From positions 370,085 to 434,084 of the forward strand of contig CAVVLG010000002.1 of NCBI GenBank assembly GCA_963749085.1: a DNA stretch of 64,000 bases. Reading direction: 5' to 3'. Source of the stretch: Candidatus Adlerbacteria bacterium (lineage in GTDB: Bacteria; Patescibacteriota; Minisyncoccia; Phycocordibacterales; SBAW01). The position numbers and the translations under genes were made by a program. Positions 58,188 through 64,000 of this stretch are shown piece after piece (within the stretch, counting starts at the first letter, position 1; each line of letters starts with the position of its first letter). A model generated the notes under the pieces. The model had not been told where the DNA came from. It ran no database searches and saw only the letters and a program-made list of their open reading frames with translations.

Positions 58188-58631
58188 ATGCAAACAACAA
58201 GTGCGCTCCGGGAAATAGTCCCGAGTAGCGCGGTAATCGGGCTTGATGACGAAGCAATTCGTCGCGATTATGAGGAGCAGGGCGCGTGGGGTCTTCTCAC
58301 GTCTATCGACCTGCATGAGTGCGATAGAGAGACAGTGCGCGATGCCGAGGCTATAAAACGCTTCGTGGTTGAGTTATGCGAGCGTATCGACATGAAGCGT
58401 TTTGGAGAGTGCACGGTCGTCAATTTCGGCGAAGATGAGCGCGTGGCGGGCTTTTCGATGTTTCAACTCATCGAAACCTCCTGCATCTCGGCACACTTTG
58501 CCAACCAGACGAACACAACCTATCTCGATATTTTCTCGTGTAAATACTATACGCCAGTCGAGGCGGCTGAGTTCGCCAAGGAATTCTTTGGTGCCTCAGA
58601 GTATAACCTGACGTATACGCTCAGGAAGTAG
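58188..58631 (+). CDS. speD: S-adenosylmethionine decarboxylase proenzyme family
   Basis: IDLHEC, GFSMFQLIETSCISAHF, YLDIFSCK. Confidence 0.8.
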   Translation: MQTTSALREIVPSSAVIGLDDEAIRRDYEEQGAWGLLTSIDLHECDRETVRDAEAIKRFVVELCERIDMKRFGECTVVNFGEDERVAGFSMFQLIETSCISAHFANQTNTTYLDIFSCKYYTPVEAAEFAKEFFGASEYNLTYTLRK

Positions 58632-58640
58632 AGGGGAAGT

Positions 58641-58675
58641 AAGAGCCCCGGCAAGCAAATGCCGGGGCCTTTTGG
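58641..58675. terminator. Intrinsic terminator (possibly bidirectional)
   Basis: GCCCCGGCA-agcaaa-TGCCGGGGC followed by CTTTT. Confidence 0.75.
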
Positions 58676-58734
58676 TGTTTGGGGTTGCTCACCCCTTACA
58701 GATCGAGTTTTTCCTTTTTGTCAGATAAGTTTTA

Positions 58735-59581
58735 GAACCAGTCTCAAAAATAATGTTTGAGTAATAGCATGATGCACGCGAGCTTCACGAAGGCGGCAAA
58801 GTTCTGCAGTTTGTATTCGTAGCGAGTCACGAGCTTTCTCCAGTTGTGCATCCACGCGAACAGCCGCTCAATCTTCCACCGGCGCTTGTAGGAGCGCAGC
58901 GCCCTGCCGTCCTGTGTTGCTCTGCGCACCCGGCCTCTGCGATGCGGTGAAATGAGTTTGATGCGGTATTTGTTCAGGAGCGTTCCATCCAGCGGATCGG
59001 AATCATATGCTCGGTCAGCCGTGAGGCGAAGCGGATTCTGTCGGGTAAATCGCCGGGCAAGCGTGTCTTCAACCAACCGGACTTCGCTCGGAGAAGCAGA
59101 GGCCACATAGACGGCGACTGGAAGAGAGCCTTCGTCCGCAATCGCCATGATCTTGGTGCCTTTCCCACGCTTCGTGGGTCCCACGCCAAGACCCCCTTTT
59201 TTGCCCCCGCGAAGGTGGCATCGAGAAAGCAGCTCCTGAGCTTGATGCGCCCCCGGTATTCCATGTCCATGGCCAGGGCTTCGACGATGCGGTCAAAGGC
59301 GCCGCTCTCCACCCACTGCTGGAACCTGCGATGGCAGGTCTGGTAGGGCGGGTAGTCTTTCGGCAGGTGCTTCCACTGGGCGCCGGTCTTCAGTGCCCAG
59401 AGGATACCTTCCAGTATCTTGCGGTCGTCCTGCCGGGGACGGCCGCGGGTTTCCAAACGCTTGAGGGGTGTGACAAACGGAGCGATGACGCTCCACTGCT
59501 CGTTGGTGAGAGGCATGGGCAGGCAAATTACGGGTAACGCCCTGTGCCTTTAGTCTACAACGGTATTTTTGAGATTGGTTC
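58735..59581 (-). mobile_element. IS5-family insertion sequence, copy 2, 847 bp, inverted
   Basis: Reverse complement of copy 1 with identical ORF translations; TA duplication at a TTAG target. Confidence 0.95.
58744..59516 (-). CDS. IS5 transposase (frameshifted two-ORF)
   Basis: Same translations as 48966-49738. Confidence 0.92.
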
Positions 59582-59741
59582 TAGGAGCTTTAACCGCCAT
59601 TGGTCTTCGACGAGCTTGTGATGCCGGTCATGGCAGTTCATTCGCTACTCCTCGGTTGCCGCGGGACCACCCCACGAAAAACTATCCTACTGAGCTGAAT
59701 CTACCACGTTCCTTATTTTAAACAATGACTACAGTGGATAA

Positions 59742-59770
59742 CAAAAATCACCCCACATGGGGTAATTTTT
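59742..59770 (-). terminator. Terminator-like hairpin ending the 16S transcript
   Basis: AAAAATCACCCCA-ca-TGGGGTAATTTTT. Confidence 0.6.
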
Positions 59771-59795
59771 GTTAAAAACTGAATACGTAATTGAG
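59771..59795 (-). other. 3' arm of the 16S processing stem (pairs with 61623-61647)
   Basis: GTTAAAAACTGAATACGTAATTGAG is the near-perfect inverted repeat of CTCAATTACGTATTCAGTTTTCAAC. Confidence 0.8.
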
Positions 59796-60020
59796 TCCAC
59801 ACCTAAGCAAACACCTTTCTCTTGTTCCGCTCTTTATCTATTTTCCGTTCTGTACTCCAAAACGTACTCTGTAGATATCAAGTAGCCATACGTCTCTGTA
59901 TTTACATACAGTGGCCAATAACGAATGCGATTTAGAGTTAGCATCATCACTCTACTTTCCTTGCGGAAAATAATCGCCGATTGAGTTGCACCCTCGTACG
60001 AGAGGCACAACACCATTTCA

Positions 60021-61485
<1,465 letters not shown>

Positions 61486-61754
61486 AGATTCAGTTACGAA
61501 TCTAGACTCGATGAACGGAACAAGAGAAAAGTGTCTTCTCTTGTTTTTCTTGCTTGCTGCCTTTGCCAGTTGAATGGCAAAGGACTTATTTTTTGATCGG
61601 TGTGATCAATTCTTACAATTTTCTCAATTACGTATTCAGTTTTCAACGAACAAGCCCCGCCAGTAGCGGGGCTTCTCAAGGAGAGATTACCTACTATCAG
61701 CGAGTCATGAGACCAGTATACTCAGCTCAAAAAAGAAGTCAAGTAACCTTATTT

Positions 61755-62342
61755 CTAGGCCTTTTTTAGATGTTGACGAACCAAGATAAGAATCCACAAG
61801 CTGCAATTGGCAATGAAAAAATAGACTGGGAAGGCTGTACTCGCAAAATCGAAAACACTCGCCGCACCAAGTCCTGTCAATCCGGATAGACCAAAAAGTA
61901 GCCACGCAACAGGTGTTTCAGAAAAAGGCTCCCGATACGATTTAATAAATGTCGGGAGAAATGCAAATCCATCCGCTATAATCGCAAAGCCAAGAGCAAT
62001 TAAAGGATCCCCACTCAGCCACCAGAGTGCTAGCGCCGCAAGAGATAGCGTCAAACATAGCCCATCCCACCACTCAAACTTTGAATATCCGTAGCCGAAG
62101 AGTGCGAACACGAGCACGGTCGAATCCATAAAAAATGTAGTACCTACTAATACGACTGACCAGCTCGGCTCGGCAGTAAATTGAGCAGTGGCGGAAATGC
62201 CGACCGCAAAAGCCCAAATAGACCACGAAACCATATTAGGTCTTGTCTCACCCCGCAGCATATCGCGAATATACGGGACAGTTCCTACAATCATGAACAC
62301 TGCCGCGCCAATCCCAGCCAGTGCGTGCCAATCAAAAATCAT
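61755..62342 (-). CDS. Multi-pass membrane protein (PQ-loop-like)
   Basis: PYIRDMLRGETRPN..SW and LPTFIKSYREPFSE repeats. Confidence 0.7.
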   Translation of the reverse strand: MIFDWHALAGIGAAVFMIVGTVPYIRDMLRGETRPNMVSWSIWAFAVGISATAQFTAEPSWSVVLVGTTFFMDSTVLVFALFGYGYSKFEWWDGLCLTLSLAALALWWLSGDPLIALGFAIIADGFAFLPTFIKSYREPFSETPVAWLLFGLSGLTGLGAASVFDFASTAFPVYFFIANCSLWILILVRQHLKKA

Positions 62343-62887
62343 TTTATTTTATTGAGTGCTTCCTCAACTTGTGCAAAAAGTCCCTCCGGGGTGCCGTTGT
62401 TATAGAAAATCTTGTCGGTCATTTGCATAACACCGAGAATATTCATATCGAATTTCTCCTTTTGAGCCAGTTCCCTATCTTCCTGAGCGCAAAATTCCTC
62501 AAATGAAACTTTGTCCGTGCCGCTTCCACGCAAAATGCTCCGCTCATGACGGATCTTTCTATCTGCATCAACTCCCCATAGGAGTGCGCCGTGCGACTTC
62601 AAATATTCAGCTTCACCAATCGAGCGGATGGATTCAATGACCGCGTTACTTTTATCACTGAGTGCCTTGCCTAATAATTGCTCCGCAATATAGCCGGGTC
62701 CGTATGTCTTACGGAAATCATTGCCGACGATATTAGTGCTGTTTCTATTAAGCGGCATGCCGCGACGTTTTATTTCCTCATATAAAAATTCACGCACCGA
62801 ATAGTGAAGAAAATGTCTTTCTTTAACTAAATAATCGACTACCGTACCTTTACCTGCCCCGTTAGTACCCGTGAGACCGATTACCAT
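62339..62887 (-). CDS. P-loop kinase (dephospho-CoA/NMP kinase-like)
   Basis: IGLTGTNGAGKGT, IESIR, NNGT. Confidence 0.85.
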   Translation of the reverse strand: MVIGLTGTNGAGKGTVVDYLVKERHFLHYSVREFLYEEIKRRGMPLNRNSTNIVGNDFRKTYGPGYIAEQLLGKALSDKSNAVIESIRSIGEAEYLKSHGALLWGVDADRKIRHERSILRGSGTDKVSFEEFCAQEDRELAQKEKFDMNILGVMQMTDKIFYNNGTPEGLFAQVEEALNKIK

Positions 62888-63453
62888 AGTTTTTGATTTT
62901 GAAATACAGTCTGCAGATGCATAAGCGCGGCATCTATCTGGTTTTCAAGGTCGGCAATAGTGCCATTGTTAAGTATCTGGTAATCCGCCCGCAACATCAC
63001 CGCGGCGATGTTTTGCTTGGTAGGATCGGATGAAAACATTTCTCGTTCTTCTTGCGCAATAAACTCATCCATGGATTGCGGCACGGTAGCGCTGCTCAAA
63101 AGTAATGCGCGCTCATAACGCAACTTTGGGTTGGCATTCACAGCAAGAAGGAATCCTCCTTCTTTTTTAAGTTCAGTGGCTTCCCCAACCGCGCGAATAG
63201 ATTCTATTACCGCATCTCCATTTTCTTTCTGGGCCTGCTTGCTGAGAGAGACTACGATATATTCTGGTCCGTGTTCCGAGCGCAATTGGTTACCGATATC
63301 AACCAACGTATCGCGATTTATCGGTAGCCCGTGTTTGCGCACTTCCTCGGCAATAAATTCCCGGACTGAATAATGCTTGAATCCTCTGGATTTTAAATAA
63401 TTTGCAGTCGTCGTTTTGCCTGCACCGAGTGTTCCGGTGACCCCTATTATCAT
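62881..63453 (-). CDS. P-loop kinase (paralog of the neighbouring gene)
   Basis: IGVTGTLGAGKTT, IESIR, NNGT. Confidence 0.85.
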   Translation of the reverse strand: MIIGVTGTLGAGKTTTANYLKSRGFKHYSVREFIAEEVRKHGLPINRDTLVDIGNQLRSEHGPEYIVVSLSKQAQKENGDAVIESIRAVGEATELKKEGGFLLAVNANPKLRYERALLLSSATVPQSMDEFIAQEEREMFSSDPTKQNIAAVMLRADYQILNNGTIADLENQIDAALMHLQTVFQNQKLW

Positions 63454-63472
63454 TCAGCTATTTTAGCAGACA

Positions 63473-64000
63473 CTACGCCTTGCGGTGAGACCATCTATCC
63501 CACGCAACAAGCAGTGGTGAAGCAAAGAATATAGAAGAATAGGTACCCACTATCATGCCCACCGTGAGTGTAAGCGCGAATACTTGCGTCGAGGCGGGCC
63601 CCAGAAAATAAAGGGCCAGGAGCATGATAACGACCGTGAGCGACGTGTTTATTGATCTCGCAAGCGTCTGTCGGATGCTTTTGCTCACTATCTCGTCAAA
63701 AGGTTCTCGTTTACGCGACTCCTCGCTGAGACGCAGGTTCTCGCGGATTCGGTCAAAGACGACTATCTTGTCGTTTATGGAAATACCCAAGATAGTAAGA
63801 AGCGCTACGATAAAGAGAGAGTCAACTTGAGCGCCCCTAAAGCGCCCCAGGGTCGCAAAGACGCCTACTGGGATAAGTACATCGAAGAGAAGCGTCAGGA
63901 TAGCGATGATACCGTACTTCCACGAAGCCACGGGCTTTGAAACTTTGCGGAAGGCGAAAGCGATAAAAAGGATAATACAGACTACTACGACGCCAAGGGC
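63473..64000 (-). CDS. secF: Protein translocase subunit SecF (3' part)
   Basis: LLTILGISINDKIVVFDRIREN, RSINTSLT, GTYSSIFFASP. Confidence 0.95.
   Translation of the reverse strand, partial: ALGVVVVCIILFIAFAFRKVSKPVASWKYGIIAILTLLFDVLIPVGVFATLGRFRGAQVDSLFIVALLTILGISINDKIVVFDRIRENLRLSEESRKREPFDEIVSKSIRQTLARSINTSLTVVIMLLALYFLGPASTQVFALTLTVGMIVGTYSSIFFASPLLVAWDRWSHRKA

Larger units (their letters stand above)
58681..59673 (-). ncRNA. Putative ~144-nt structured RNA (6S-like?) split by IS5 copy 2
   Basis: After removing the IS, GGGGU/ACCCC, GCGG/CUGU, CGAG/CUCG, GGAGU/GCUCC and AACUGCCAU/AUGGCGGUU pair; TAGGAT upstream. Confidence 0.45.

Noticed and set aside
48901-59581. Composite transposon that delivered the enclosed 9 kb
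   Set aside because: Each IS has its own target duplication and interrupts a locally continuous sequence, so they inserted independently

Overview
Chromosomal window of a Patescibacteria (CPR, Parcubacteria-like) bacterium, judged from the divergent 16S rRNA, the gene content and the Thr-rich giant protein; genetic code 11. Left part (1-15 kb): an HTH-TM giant surface protein running off the window, a paralogous HTH-TM protein, gatB, obgE, ccdA, NUDIX, VRR-NUC, mazEF, secA, a 13-aa Lys-rich micro-ORF, murB and an O-antigen ligase/TPR protein. Middle (15-35.5 kb): a ~20-gene surface glycan cluster, followed by a VirD4-like ATPase, rsmI and a Mur ligase paired with an aminoacyl-transferase-like gene. 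Right part: an island at tRNA-Leu(CAG) whose serine recombinase reads into the tRNA antisense strand, an IS5-disrupted hybrid sensor kinase, an array of TA-carrying modules separated by integrase, recombinase and tRNA remnants that ends at tRNA-Ile(GAT), speD, a second IS5 copy, a stand-alone 16S rRNA lacking the anti-Shine-Dalgarno, two tandem kinases and secF. Most notable: several unannotated structured RNA candidates (especially a ~273-nt multi-stem RNA with repeated palindromic GUACAC motifs next to tRNA-Leu), pervasive leaderless gene starts, and the tRNA-anchored cassette arrays. All family calls and folds were made by eye; no search or folding program was run.
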